NCBI GenBank assembly: GCA_963768655.1 | Contig: CAVYIM010000003.1 | Coordinates: 480,001 to 544,000, forward strand | Source of the DNA: an uncultured Chloroflexia bacterium | GTDB lineage: Bacteria; Chloroflexota; Limnocylindria; Limnocylindrales; CSP1-4 | Length of the DNA stretch: 64,000 bases | Direction of reading: 5' to 3' | In this document: in pieces, positions 1 through 10,335 of the stretch | How the letters are laid out: each line of letters opens with the position of its first letter | How positions within the stretch are numbered: the first letter of the stretch is position 1 | The notes under the pieces: model-generated | Database searches by the model: none | What the model was told of the DNA's origin: nothing | The model's input: the letters and a program-made list of their open reading frames with translations, nothing else | Position numbers and translations under genes: made by a program

Positions 1-75
1 TCAAGTGCACATCGAGGTCGTTCGGCGGCCGTCGTGGGTCGCCTCTTAGGGGCTGCCGGAGCTGCCGCCCTTTGA

Positions 76-459
76 CTACTGCCGCCCGAACGCCGCTCTG
101 ACGCGCGGCGTGGTCAGGTACCACAGGGCCACGCCGGCGATGACGATGGTGACGATGTGGCGGACGAGCTCGAGCCGGCCCAGCTGGAGCACCGCCAGCA
201 CGAGGACGATGACCTCGAGGATGACCCCGAGAGTCCAGGCCCACAGCCGAAGCTCCCAGGCGCCGTAGGCGAACACGAGCTCCGATAGCCCGACCGCGAG
301 CAGGATCAGGGCGATCAGCCTCTCGCCGCCGTGGATGCGTGGCAGCCAGAGAAGCCCCTCCGACGCATTCCACCAGGCGCCAGCCCCGAGGAGGGCCAGC
401 ACACCCAGAACCGCGGCGGCAATCGCCAGCACCGCGATACCAACCGGACGTTGTTGCAT
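76..459 (-). CDS. Small integral membrane protein (about 4 TM)
   Basis: Four hydrophobic segments; ATG at 459 with GAGGT upstream. Confidence 0.75.
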   Translation of the reverse strand: MQQRPVGIAVLAIAAAVLGVLALLGAGAWWNASEGLLWLPRIHGGERLIALILLAVGLSELVFAYGAWELRLWAWTLGVILEVIVLVLAVLQLGRLELVRHIVTIVIAGVALWYLTTPRVRAAFGRQ

Positions 460-602
460 CTGTCCTGACCTCAAGTCATGGGCTCGAGCAACCTGCGCTG
501 AGCCGTCGCCAGCAAGTCTATGTCACGAGCGCCGGGCCCAGAGACCCGAGAGCCGAGGCGGGAGGAGACGCCCCGGCTCTCATGGTGAGTTAGCGGCCCG
601 AA

Positions 603-1604
603 TTATCCTGTGAGCGAGCCGGCCAGCAGGCCCCGGACGAAGTACCGGCCAAGGATGATGAAGATCAGCAGAGTTGGCATTGCTGCAATCAGCGCTCCGG
701 CCATCTGCACGTTCCAGTCCGTGATCATGCTGCCCGACAGGTTGTTCAGGGCAACGGTGACCGGCCAGTTCTTCTGACTGGGGATGAGCGTGACCGCGAA
801 GAGGAAGTCGTTCCAGACCGAATTGAATTGCCAGATCAGGACGACCACGAAGCCCGATGCCGAGAGCGGCAGCAGGATGGAGCGATAGAGCCGGACGAAG
901 CCAGCGCCGTCCACCTTGGCAGCTTCCAGCAGCTCAGTCGGTATCCCGGCGTAGTAGTTTCGGAAGATGAGGGTCGTGATCGGAATGCCATAGATGATGT
1001 GGACGAGCATCAACCCCTGAAGAGAGCCGTACAGCCCGACGGTCGTCATCATCTGCGAGAGCGGGATCAATATGGCCTGGTAGGGGATGAACATGCCGAA
1101 CAGGATTAGCGTGAATATCACTTCGGAGCCCCGGAACTTCCATTTGGCCAGGACGTAGCCATTCAGCGATCCGACGATCGAGGACAGGATCGCGGCGGGT
1201 ATGGCTAGGAACAGGCTGTTTATGAAGTTGGGGGCCAGCGCCTGCCAGGCAGCCTGGAAGCTTCCCATATCGAAGGACGTGGGCAGGGTCCACATCCTGG
1301 AGAGTGTTATTTCGCTGGTTCCTTTGAGGCTTGTCACGACCAGGAGATAGATCGGCGTCAGGTACCAGGCCGCGAACAGGAAGAGCAGCGCATACAGGAA
1401 GAAGCGCGCCAGCCGCGCCCCGGGCGAACGCGAGCGCAGACCCCGGCCGCCATGCCCGGCCGCGAGGAGACTCCTGGTCGGGAGCGCTTCATCCTCGTCG
1501 GAGGTCACCAGGCGGAACGGATCGGTCTCGCGCGCCGGCCGCTGGCCGGAGGAAGTCGGCTCGCCGATCGGAACGGCGGGCTTCGGCTTGGAATTGGAGC
1601 TCAT
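603..1604 (-). CDS. Carbohydrate ABC transporter permease (MalG-like)
   Basis: EAA loop ELLEAAKVDGAG, WNDFLFA, multiple TM segments. Confidence 0.95.
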   Translation of the reverse strand: MSSNSKPKPAVPIGEPTSSGQRPARETDPFRLVTSDEDEALPTRSLLAAGHGGRGLRSRSPGARLARFFLYALLFLFAAWYLTPIYLLVVTSLKGTSEITLSRMWTLPTSFDMGSFQAAWQALAPNFINSLFLAIPAAILSSIVGSLNGYVLAKWKFRGSEVIFTLILFGMFIPYQAILIPLSQMMTTVGLYGSLQGLMLVHIIYGIPITTLIFRNYYAGIPTELLEAAKVDGAGFVRLYRSILLPLSASGFVVVLIWQFNSVWNDFLFAVTLIPSQKNWPVTVALNNLSGSMITDWNVQMAGALIAAMPTLLIFIILGRYFVRGLLAGSLTG

Positions 1605-2584
1605 GCCTCGGCCCCCCGTCGGCGGTTCCAGACGAGATACGGAACGACGACCATCGCGACGAGGACCAGCATGACGATGGCCACGGCCGCCCCACGCCCG
1701 AACTCACTGTCACGGAACGCCGTCTGCCACATGAACAGAGCAGGCGTGTCCGTTGCAAAGCCAGGGCCGGACCCGGACATCGCCACGGTCAGGTCGTAGA
1801 TCTTCAGGCTGATATGGCCGAGGATGATCATCGCCGAGAGGGTGATCGGTGTAAGCAGCGGGAAGACCACATGTCGGAAGATCTTCCATTCGCTGGCTCC
1901 ATCGACGCGGGCGGCCTCTTTGAGCTGGTCAGGTATCGCTCGCAACCCGGCGAGATACAGGATCATCACGAAGCCTGACATCTGCCATACGGCCGCCAGG
2001 ACGATCGACAACAGGGCGATCGGCACGCCGATGTTGGGGCTGGTGATGAACCCCAGACCGATGTCGTGCAGGATACCGTAGACTGGACTGTCCGGGGCTA
2101 TATAGACGACGTGGGCGTCCGTAAGCCATCGGTTCGACGCCGGATCCAGCCCGAACAGCTGGTTGACTCCCTGGGCGTTGCCGACCTGGCCCGGCGAGAG
2201 AATCCACTTCCAGACGACACCAGTGACGATGAAGCTGACTGCCATCGGAAATAGAATGATGCTCCGGAATACCGCCTCCCCCCGTATCTGACGATCAATC
2301 AGATTGGCCAGCAGAAGGCCGATCGCGAGCGAAACAGAGATGAAGCAGATCGTGAAGACAACCGTGTTGCGGATGTCCATAAGGAACCGGTTGGTCGCGA
2401 AGATGGCCATGTAGTTGGCCAGGCCGACCGGCGTGTAGTCAGGACGCAGCGTGTCCCACTTGACGGTCGAAATATAGCCCGTCCAGAAGATGAGTCCGTA
2501 GACGAAGATCGCCACCGCCACGATGGACGGTCCGATAACGAGCAGGGAGATGATTCTGTCGCGGCTGAGTCTCATGTTCCGCAT
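1601..2584 (-). CDS. Carbohydrate ABC transporter permease (MalF-like)
   Basis: LAGLRAIPDQLKEAARVDGA; ATGA overlap with the downstream permease. Confidence 0.95.
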   Translation of the reverse strand: MRNMRLSRDRIISLLVIGPSIVAVAIFVYGLIFWTGYISTVKWDTLRPDYTPVGLANYMAIFATNRFLMDIRNTVVFTICFISVSLAIGLLLANLIDRQIRGEAVFRSIILFPMAVSFIVTGVVWKWILSPGQVGNAQGVNQLFGLDPASNRWLTDAHVVYIAPDSPVYGILHDIGLGFITSPNIGVPIALLSIVLAAVWQMSGFVMILYLAGLRAIPDQLKEAARVDGASEWKIFRHVVFPLLTPITLSAMIILGHISLKIYDLTVAMSGSGPGFATDTPALFMWQTAFRDSEFGRGAAVAIVMLVLVAMVVVPYLVWNRRRGAEA

Positions 2585-2604
2585 CGTTCCTGGGGAGGGG
2601 GAAA

Positions 2605-2635
2605 GCGGAGGGGGCGAACGCGTCGCCCCCTCCGC
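2605..2635 (-). terminator. Intergenic GC-rich hairpin after the substrate-binding protein gene
   Basis: GCGGAGGGGGCGA-acgcg-TCGCCCCCTCCGC inverted repeat. Confidence 0.6.
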
Positions 2636-2661
2636 AAGAGGAACCTACGTCTACGGCGCGG

Positions 2662-4035
2662 TTAGCTGCAGACGTTCGCGTCTTTGCAGGCCTGGACCAG
2701 AGCCGACTGGAGCGTCGGCACGTCCGGGTTCGCAACGAACGTGGTGACAGCCGTTTCCCATTCTCCCTTCCAGGCCGGAGAGGCGGCGGCGCCGTGCTCG
2801 AGGCTCGGAACGATGGTGTCGGCCTTCCACTCTCCCATGGCCCACTGCTGGTACGTGCTGTACTGCTTCTGGCCAGCAGGGGGGTTCCCGGCGGTGGAGT
2901 TGGCCGGGATGGAGCCCTTCCACGGGTTGAAGATGTCCTGGCCCGTGGCGGAGCCCATGAAGGTCAGGAACTTCTTGACGGCGTCCTTGTGCTGGGCCGC
3001 GGTCGGCAGGCCGAAGGAGTCGGCAAGAGCGTCGTAGACGCCACCCGTGCCGGGTGCGGCGACCCAGCCGTAGTCGGTGAAGTTCTTGTTGTCGAACTCA
3101 CCGGCAGCCCAGTCACCCATCATCGTCATCGCGGCCTGGGGCTGTGCGCCAGCGGACTTGGGGATGAGGTAGTCGGCGGCCTGGTCCCACGTGAGGGACG
3201 AGTGGTCGGTGTTGATGTACTTGAGAACGCTCTGGAAGGTGGTGATGGCGGTGGTCACAGCGGCGCTTGACCAATCGGTCGCGCCGGTCCAGAGACCGTC
3301 ATACCCCTGCGCGCCCAGCTGGGCGATGAGGATCACTTCGAGGAGCATGCCGCTGGCCCAGATGCCGTTGTCGCCCACGGCCAGCGGGGTGATCCCCTTG
3401 GCCTGGAGCGTGGCCGCGTCGGTCAGGAAGTCGGCCCACGTGGTGGGCGGCGTCAGGTTGTTGGAGCTGAAGACGGTTTTGTTGTACCAGAGCACGTTGG
3501 CCCGGTGGATGTCCAGCGGGACGCTGTAGTAGTGCGTCGTGCCCGAGGAATCCTTAGCGCTGACGATGCTGAGAACGCCCGCCGGGAACTCCGACGTCCA
3601 GCCGTTGGCCGCATAGAGATCGTCGAGATTGTCCATGTAGCCCGGCGTGACGTACGTGTCGAGCAGCTCGTGGCCCATGTGAACCTGGAACGTGTCGGGC
3701 GGATCACCATTCAGGACGCGAGTCTTGAGCGCGGCCTGCGCGTTGGACCCGGCGCCGCCGGCGATGGCGCTGTTGGTGACGAAGATCCCAGGATTGGCGC
3801 AGTTGAACGCGTTGATGAGGGCGTTGAAGCCAGCTGCCTCGCCGCCGGTCGTCCACCAGGAAACGGCCTCAACCTGCGTATCGCTTGCGGTGGACGGGCA
3901 GATGCTCGCGCCTGCACTTGCCGCCGGCGCACTGCCGGCCGAGCTGGCGGATGGGGTGGCACTGCTGGAGCAGGCCGACCCGACGAGGGCGACGATAGAC
4001 AACAGTGCAAGGGCCCGCTTGTACGGGAGTTTCAC
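2662..4035 (-). CDS. Sugar ABC substrate-binding lipoprotein (glucose/mannose-binding family)
   Basis: Lipobox GSAC, SWWTTGGE, PPDTFQVH, MMGDWA; GTG at 4035 with GAGGTG RBS. Confidence 0.9.
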   Translation of the reverse strand: MKLPYKRALALLSIVALVGSACSSSATPSASSAGSAPAASAGASICPSTASDTQVEAVSWWTTGGEAAGFNALINAFNCANPGIFVTNSAIAGGAGSNAQAALKTRVLNGDPPDTFQVHMGHELLDTYVTPGYMDNLDDLYAANGWTSEFPAGVLSIVSAKDSSGTTHYYSVPLDIHRANVLWYNKTVFSSNNLTPPTTWADFLTDAATLQAKGITPLAVGDNGIWASGMLLEVILIAQLGAQGYDGLWTGATDWSSAAVTTAITTFQSVLKYINTDHSSLTWDQAADYLIPKSAGAQPQAAMTMMGDWAAGEFDNKNFTDYGWVAAPGTGGVYDALADSFGLPTAAQHKDAVKKFLTFMGSATGQDIFNPWKGSIPANSTAGNPPAGQKQYSTYQQWAMGEWKADTIVPSLEHGAAASPAWKGEWETAVTTFVANPDVPTLQSALVQACKDANVCS

Positions 4036-4352
4036 GGATAGCACCTCACTCACCTCGGATACGCCGATGGCACCATGGGGTCGAACCGGATGGCATCATC
4101 GGACTGGTCGGCGGGTCTGGCAGGCGCCAGGGACGCGCCTGGCCTCCCCGGCTCTCGAGGGGCCGCACCAGGCGATCGCCTCCCTCACCCAATACTGGCC
4201 TCTACTCACCTCCTCCATCGTGAGCGCCACAACGCCTTCCAAGCGCAGGATGGTCTGGGCGCGACCACTCTCCGCGTGATCAGACGCGAGCCACCCGGGT
4301 TCCTGGCTATGACGGGAGCCGCGGAACTGTTCCTCCGCACGCTAGCCGACGC

Positions 4353-4454
4353 TGATAACGTTGTCAACCCAAACCAAATCGAAACCGTTGCGACTGTTCA
4401 ATCCCCCGCGTTGACGCGGCCGAAGCAAGGATCGAAACTGTGGCAACGATGTCA
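4353..4454. promoter_or_regulatory. Two LacI-family operator palindromes
   Basis: TGATAACGTTGTCA (4353-4366) and TGGCAACGATGTCA (4441-4454) between the divergent ABC operon and the LacI gene. Confidence 0.7.
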
Positions 4455-4510
4455 GCACGGCCGCCTCGTTCCTCGCCGGCGGCCTGCGCGACCGTGCCAA
4501 GCGTAAGTTC

Positions 4511-5671
4511 GTGAGACCGGCCAAGATGAGCGACGAGATGAGCGACTCCCCTGACCTGCCCGACGCGGAGAGCCCGGCCGCGCCGACCTGGTTTCGCCCC
4601 GAGCCCGGGCGGCGCAGGACCGACCCTGCCGGCAAGCGGACCGCGGGCCGCTCGACCGTGCGCCCCGGTCAGGCCACCATGCGCGACGTTGCCCAGGCCG
4701 CCGGCGCCAGCCTGAAGACCGTCTCGCGGGTCGTGAACATGGAGCCGGGCGTCAGGCCGGAGATGCAGCGGCGCGTCGAGGAAGCGATCGTCGCCCTTGG
4801 ATTCCGGCGCAACGTAGTTGCCCACAGCCTTCGAACCGGACACCAGATCGGCAGCATCGGGCTGATCGTCGCCGACCTGATGAACCCTTTCTACTCGAGC
4901 GTGGCCAAGGCCGTGGAGACGGTCGCCGCCCGGCACAACGCGGTGATCATCATCGGTAGCTCCGGCGAGAACGCGACACGGGAGCGGGAGCTGGTCATGA
5001 ACCTGCTTCATCGACCCGTCGACGGATTGATCGTCGTGCCCGCGGGCAGCGACCACCGCTACCTGGAGCCCGAGCGGAGACGGGGCGCGCAGATCGTCTT
5101 CCTGGATCGGGGCGGCGGCAACATCGACGCTGACGCTGTCGTCCTCGACAACTTCGGCGGTGCGAAGCGGGCCGTCGAGCATCTGATCCTGCGCGGCCAC
5201 AGGCGGGTTGGATTCATCGGTGACTCGGACACGGTCCAGACGGCGGTGGAGAGGCTCGAGGGCTACAAGGCTGCCCTGGCCGGCGCCGACATTCCGTACG
5301 ACCCCGAGCTCGTCCGGCTCGGCTCACCCGCCGTCGACATGGCGGAGACCGCCGCCGGCAAGCTGCTGATGCTGGAGGATCGGGTCACGGCCATCTTCGC
5401 GGCCAACAACCGCCAGTGCGTCGGCGTCTTGCGGGCTATCCGGGCATCGCAACGACTGACCGCGCTGGTCGGGTTCGACGACTTCGAGCTGGCCGATCTG
5501 CTCCCAATTCCGGTCTCCGTGATCGCCTACGACCCCGCCGAGCTTGGCCGATCATCGGCCGAGCTACTCTTCGCTCGCCTGGGCGGCGATGCCAGACCGC
5601 CTCAGCGGATCGTGATACCGACCCGGCTGATCCAGCGCGGATCGGGCGAGATCATGTTCCAGATGCCGTAG
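4511..5671 (+). CDS. LacI-family transcriptional regulator
   Basis: TMRDVAQAAGASLKTVSRVVN HTH, VGFDD; true start uncertain. Confidence 0.95.
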   Translation: MRPAKMSDEMSDSPDLPDAESPAAPTWFRPEPGRRRTDPAGKRTAGRSTVRPGQATMRDVAQAAGASLKTVSRVVNMEPGVRPEMQRRVEEAIVALGFRRNVVAHSLRTGHQIGSIGLIVADLMNPFYSSVAKAVETVAARHNAVIIIGSSGENATRERELVMNLLHRPVDGLIVVPAGSDHRYLEPERRRGAQIVFLDRGGGNIDADAVVLDNFGGAKRAVEHLILRGHRRVGFIGDSDTVQTAVERLEGYKAALAGADIPYDPELVRLGSPAVDMAETAAGKLLMLEDRVTAIFAANNRQCVGVLRAIRASQRLTALVGFDDFELADLLPIPVSVIAYDPAELGRSSAELLFARLGGDARPPQRIVIPTRLIQRGSGEIMFQMP

Positions 5672-5741
5672 GGTGTAGCCGTTCGCGCATTGAGGTGCGG
5701 TCTGGCGTACCTTCGAGCGCCGCGAAAGGACGAGACGAGAC

Positions 5742-6587
5742 ATGGCAGCCCGATACGGAGCCCCCGAGAGCGAGATCGCGCACTACACCTGCCATCGAAC
5801 GGCGAACCCAGGGCCTCTCGACGGTACAGCGGACGGACCGGACTGGCGGGCGGCGCCCCGCTCGCCTCGCTTCGTCGACATGGTGACCGGCGAGCCCGGC
5901 TACTTCGACACCCGCGCCGCAGCGCTCTGGGATCAGGACAACCTTTATGTCTCGTTCTGGGTCGAGGAGCCGTTCCCCGAGGCCCGCATGACCGAGCGCG
6001 ACGGGATCGTCTTCGCCGAGAACGACGTCGAGATCTTCGTCGACGGCGGGGATTGCTACTACGAGCTCGAGCTGAACGCGGCGAACACCGTCTACGAGGT
6101 GTTCTTCATCTGGCAGGATGCCTACCGGCGAGGTGGGCGCTTCGACGTCCCGCAGTTCGATCTGCTCGATCGGCACGCGCTGTCGTTTGGGGGCGACTAC
6201 GACCGCCAGCCGCGGAGCTTCTGGCGTGGCACGCACCCGCGCGGGCTCCGCTGGGCCTTCCGGGAGTGGGACCTGTCCGGCCTGCGTACCGCGGTGTACG
6301 TCGATGGCAAGCTCAACGACCGGTTCTCCGTCAGCAAAGGCTGGAGCGCGCAGGTGGTGCTCCCCTGGAAAGGCATGGAGTGGCTGGCGAACGGCCGGTC
6401 GCTGCCGCCCCGGGAGGGCGACGTGTGGCGGATGTTCTTCGGCCGGTTCGAGAAGATGACGGCCGGCGGGATCGAGATTCAGCCCCACCCCGCCTGGTGC
6501 TGGAACAGGCACGGCGTCATGGACACTCACGTGCCGGAGTGCTTCACGTACGTGCATTTCACGGACGCGGCGGTCGAAGAGCTGTAG
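5742..6587 (+). CDS. Carbohydrate-binding family 9-like (DOMON-like) protein
   Basis: LDGTAD..DW, LWDQDNLYV, NDVEIFVD..YYELELN motifs; no signal peptide. Confidence 0.75.
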   Translation: MAARYGAPESEIAHYTCHRTANPGPLDGTADGPDWRAAPRSPRFVDMVTGEPGYFDTRAAALWDQDNLYVSFWVEEPFPEARMTERDGIVFAENDVEIFVDGGDCYYELELNAANTVYEVFFIWQDAYRRGGRFDVPQFDLLDRHALSFGGDYDRQPRSFWRGTHPRGLRWAFREWDLSGLRTAVYVDGKLNDRFSVSKGWSAQVVLPWKGMEWLANGRSLPPREGDVWRMFFGRFEKMTAGGIEIQPHPAWCWNRHGVMDTHVPECFTYVHFTDAAVEEL

Positions 6588-6803
6588 GCCGGCCGAAGGA
6601 TAGGCTGTCGGTACATCCGCGCCGCGCCCGCACTCGACTTCAGCCGCCCGCCGCAGCCCGAAGCTCTGGCGCCTGGTTGCGGTTTCCTACCCGTTCCGGG
6701 CATTTGGCTTCACTCCGCGCGCGTACTGTTCGCCCCTGAAGGTGTTCCGGCCGACTTTCGGCCGTTTGTCAACGCGAGAGGCGCCCGGGGCCCTCTTACG
6801 TGA

Positions 6804-7310
6804 GTGAAGGGAGCCAGCGTACTCGTGGGGGTACGAGACAGGTTCGATGCGGATTACAACCAGTTCTTCTCGGATCTCACGAGGCTCTGTCGTGCCCTCG
6901 GCGCCGGCGCCAGTGCCGAGGACATCGCGCAGGACACCATCCTCCACGCGCGCGAGCATCATCAACAACTCCGCGACGAGTCGAAGCTCGAGCCGTGGCT
7001 GCGCCGCATCGCTGCCCGGCGAACCTTCGAGCACCTCCGGCGGCAGAAGCGCCACGAGACGGAGGACGCCGTCGTCGCCTTCCTGCCGGCCGATCCCGCT
7101 CTCTCGATCGACGTCTCGGCGGCGATCACCCGCCTGCCCGAGCGCGAGCGCGTGGCCGTGGTCCTGGTCTATGCCCTCGGGTACGAGCAGGAGGAGGCCG
7201 CAGCCGTGATGAACGTCACTCGCGGCACCGTGGCCACGCTGCTCCACAGGGCACGTCGCCACCTGGCCGAACGCCTCGCGAGCTATGCCGAGGAGAGGGA
7301 TCTGCCGTGA
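6804..7310 (+). CDS. ECF RNA polymerase sigma factor
   Basis: AEDIAQDT, PWLRRIA (region 2); LPERER...GTVATLLHRAR (region 4). Confidence 0.92.
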   Translation: MKGASVLVGVRDRFDADYNQFFSDLTRLCRALGAGASAEDIAQDTILHAREHHQQLRDESKLEPWLRRIAARRTFEHLRRQKRHETEDAVVAFLPADPALSIDVSAAITRLPERERVAVVLVYALGYEQEEAAAVMNVTRGTVATLLHRARRHLAERLASYAEERDLP

Positions 7311-8953
7311 GCTCCATGTCGGGCCACGTCTCATCCGATCGACTGGGCGAGGCCGCCCAGCACGGCGGGGTCGACTTCCTGCGCGAAGCCGAGAGCCGCC
7401 ACGTGGCCGGCTGCGACCGGTGCCGGCGCCTCTACGCCGGCTACCGCCTCACCGATCGCCTCCTCGCAGCGTCCTGGCGCGACGTCAAGCTGCCGCCGGC
7501 CGCGGTGGCCCGGCCGTCGAGGCTCGGCGCTCTGGCCGACTTCGGAAAGCGCCTGGATGCCCGCTCGATGGCTCCTGCCGTCGCGGCGATCGGCGTCATC
7601 GTCCTGATCGGAGCGGCACTTGCCCTGCCGCAACTCATCCCCACACCGCCACCCGCAAGCACCCACTCGCCCATCGCCTCGATCACCGCATCGCCTTCGC
7701 CATCGGCGCCCGCGTTCCAGACAGTGTCGCCCTTCGGCTCGGGCCAGCCATCGCAATCGCCTGAGGCACAGGCGTCCGGGCCCAGCGTAACCGGCCCCAC
7801 ATCTGCCCCGGGACTCACGGGCGCGCCCACTCCGGCGCCTACAGCGAGTGGATCCGGCGGCAAAGAGGTCCTCGCGATCACGGAGGTCGGCGGGGCGCCC
7901 ATCGCATGGTCGTCCGACGGCGCCCACCTCCTGATGTGGGGGCCGGCTCCCACGCGGCAGCTCCAGATTCGCGACGCCGCAGGCCGGATCGACGGCACCG
8001 CCACTGCCGACGCGGCGGCCTGGGTCAGCTCGACGACGATCGCGATCGCGACCAGTTCGCCGGCCGCCTCCCCGAGCGCCTCTCCGAGTAGCCCTGGCCA
8101 CCACAGCAGGGTCGGACCCGGCCGCGGCGGCGGAGGTGGCGGCGGAAGTGGCGGCGGCGAGACGGTCAGCATCCTCGATCTGAGCGGCCACCAGCTCGCC
8201 ACGCTTCCGGGCAGCTACGCCATCGGCGGCGGTGTGGCGGGTGGAATGATCGTCGGCAGCGGCACAGGCGAGTTCACGATCGCCAGTCAGGGCGGCCTCG
8301 GCCTGGCCGGATCGAGCTTCGTCCTGTGGAACGGCTCCGTCAGCGCCGTGCAGGACGGCGTGCCGATCGCCTTCTCGCAGGACGGCCAGAGGCTGGCAGT
8401 TCTTCATCCGTCGAGCGCGTCCGTCAGCGGAGTGACGGGCTGGCTCGAGATCCTGGCGGTCCCGTCGCTCGACACCGTGTCGTCATTCCCGCACTTGACC
8501 CTTCGAGTCGGAAGCGGTAGCCGGGGCTCGGGCTACGGCTTCGACGCCGCCTTCAGCCCGGGCGACGGGTACCTGCTCGCCTCGGGAACTCTGGTCGATC
8601 TATCGGACGGCTCCACGATCATCACGGGCAAGGGCGGCTGGCTGCCCGACGGGACGCTGGTTACTGCTTCCAACGCCGGATTGCTCCGCTGGCAGGGGAC
8701 GCATTCCAGCCTCGACTCCCGTTTCCCGGGCCCCGGCACCGTCGAGACCTCACGCCACGGCGATCTCATCTACTTCTACGGCGACGGTCGACCTCCGCTC
8801 CTGCTGGAGGCGAACGGGTCGCTGACGTCCCTGTCGTTGCCGGGCGTTCGCTCGATCGGAGCCCTGCTCATCTCCCCCAACGGGCGGGCGATCGCCCTCG
8901 ACGGCCGGGCCACGGACGGATCGTCGATCACAGCCGTGGCTGCGCTCCCGTGA
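7307..8953 (+). CDS. ZAS-type anti-sigma factor with TM helix, Ser/Pro linker and beta-propeller-like extracellular domain
   Basis: HVAGCDRC (HxxxCxxC), one TM, repeated WSSDG/FSQDG/FSPGD/ISPNG; GTGA overlap with the sigma gene. Confidence 0.8.
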   Translation: MSSMSGHVSSDRLGEAAQHGGVDFLREAESRHVAGCDRCRRLYAGYRLTDRLLAASWRDVKLPPAAVARPSRLGALADFGKRLDARSMAPAVAAIGVIVLIGAALALPQLIPTPPPASTHSPIASITASPSPSAPAFQTVSPFGSGQPSQSPEAQASGPSVTGPTSAPGLTGAPTPAPTASGSGGKEVLAITEVGGAPIAWSSDGAHLLMWGPAPTRQLQIRDAAGRIDGTATADAAAWVSSTTIAIATSSPAASPSASPSSPGHHSRVGPGRGGGGGGGSGGGETVSILDLSGHQLATLPGSYAIGGGVAGGMIVGSGTGEFTIASQGGLGLAGSSFVLWNGSVSAVQDGVPIAFSQDGQRLAVLHPSSASVSGVTGWLEILAVPSLDTVSSFPHLTLRVGSGSRGSGYGFDAAFSPGDGYLLASGTLVDLSDGSTIITGKGGWLPDGTLVTASNAGLLRWQGTHSSLDSRFPGPGTVETSRHGDLIYFYGDGRPPLLLEANGSLTSLSLPGVRSIGALLISPNGRAIALDGRATDGSSITAVAALP

Positions 8954-9069
8954 GGTGCGATCACGAACGGAAGCCGCGCAATGCCCGCGACCGGCACGAC
9001 AGGTCGTGACCGAAAACCAGCTCACCAGGCCACCCACCACCACATCGGATGTCAGGCAGAGGAGACGAT

Positions 9070-10164
9070 ATGAAACACCGAAACCGAAACATGCTGGCGG
9101 CGCTGCTCGCTGCCGGCCTGCTTGTGCTCTCGGCCTTCGGCAGCACCGCCCTGGCGCACGGCGGTCCCGGCGGCGGCCCCGGCTTCGGCGGTCACGACCC
9201 GGGGTCGTCTCCGAAGCCGCACCCGAGCGTCGCACCGACCCAGAAGGCCAAGCCCAGTCACGACGTCAAGGTGACCGGGCCCGGATGGCATCTCCCGAGC
9301 CCGATTGACTGCAGCAAGATCTCGGCGCCGAGCGGTTCGCCGGCTCCGACCGCCGCCTCGACTGGCGCCGTCTCGGACAACGTGAATCCACACTTCAAGC
9401 CCGCGGACACGTTCATTCTCGAGCTCTCGAAGATCGCCGATAGCTGGGGTCGCAACTTCGACGGGACCGTGCGTGCCCAGCTCTGTTCCGTCCAGGCGAT
9501 CCAGACCTCAGCCGACAAGGAGATCGCCTCGCAGGTCAAGATGCTCGGCAATCTCGCCGTCCGGGTGGGCAAGATCACGGGTCTCTCGTCCGCCGATCAG
9601 GCGATTCTCACGGGTGAGATCAACGGGCTCACCGGCGACCTGAACGCGCTCAAGGCGAAGATCGACGCCGAGACGACGCTGGCCGGTGCCCAGGCCGACC
9701 TCGTGACCCTGTCCAATGACTCCGTCTACGCCCGCTCGATCGGCTACCAGGTGAGGCTCATCGCCTGCGCCGAGTCCGCGATCGCGCAGGGCACCAAGCT
9801 CGGCACTCTGGCCACCACCCTGGCAGGCCAGATCGCGGCGGCGCCGTCCGGCATCGATACTGCGGCCGCTCAGACCTACCTGACCGACATGAACACGCAG
9901 GTCGCCTCCGCCGCAGCGCTGGTCGGCCCGCTGCCGGCGAGCTTGCTGGCCCTCACGCCGGCGCAGCTCCAGGCGGGTAAGGGTGATCCGACGCTCGCCA
10001 AGGCAGGCGCCGACCTGTGGCAGGCTTCATTCGACCTCTGGAAGGCCGGCAGCGACGGTCGGATCATCACGTGGATCCTGGCCGGCAAGCCCGCTTACGA
10101 CGGTGGCCACCAAAAGTCACCGGCTTGTTCGCCGACGCCCGCGCCGGTTTCCTCTCCGATCTGA
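9070..10164 (+). CDS. Secreted alpha-helical hypothetical protein
   Basis: Signal peptide ending ALA, GAGGAG RBS, host-like codon usage. Confidence 0.8.
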   Translation: MKHRNRNMLAALLAAGLLVLSAFGSTALAHGGPGGGPGFGGHDPGSSPKPHPSVAPTQKAKPSHDVKVTGPGWHLPSPIDCSKISAPSGSPAPTAASTGAVSDNVNPHFKPADTFILELSKIADSWGRNFDGTVRAQLCSVQAIQTSADKEIASQVKMLGNLAVRVGKITGLSSADQAILTGEINGLTGDLNALKAKIDAETTLAGAQADLVTLSNDSVYARSIGYQVRLIACAESAIAQGTKLGTLATTLAGQIAAAPSGIDTAAAQTYLTDMNTQVASAAALVGPLPASLLALTPAQLQAGKGDPTLAKAGADLWQASFDLWKAGSDGRIITWILAGKPAYDGGHQKSPACSPTPAPVSSPI

Positions 10165-10174
10165 GTAGTTCACC

Positions 10175-10261
10175 GCCGGGTTCGTCCGGCTGAGGTCACG
10201 AGCCGGGTTCGCCCGGCTGCCGTCACGCCGCCGCCTTCTCCCTCCGGCGGCGGCGTGACGG
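10175..10261. terminator. Hairpin cluster between convergent genes
   Basis: Two 26-bp near-identical units with CCGG-(G)TTCG-CCGG hairpins, then a long CCGTCACGCCGCCG/CGGCGGCGTGACGG stem. Confidence 0.55.
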
Positions 10262-10335
10262 TGTCCGAAGCCCGCCGCAGGATGGCGCCGGCCAAGGCAG
10301 CGCCGCGAGCCGGGCTCGAGCAGACGCGATCACTC

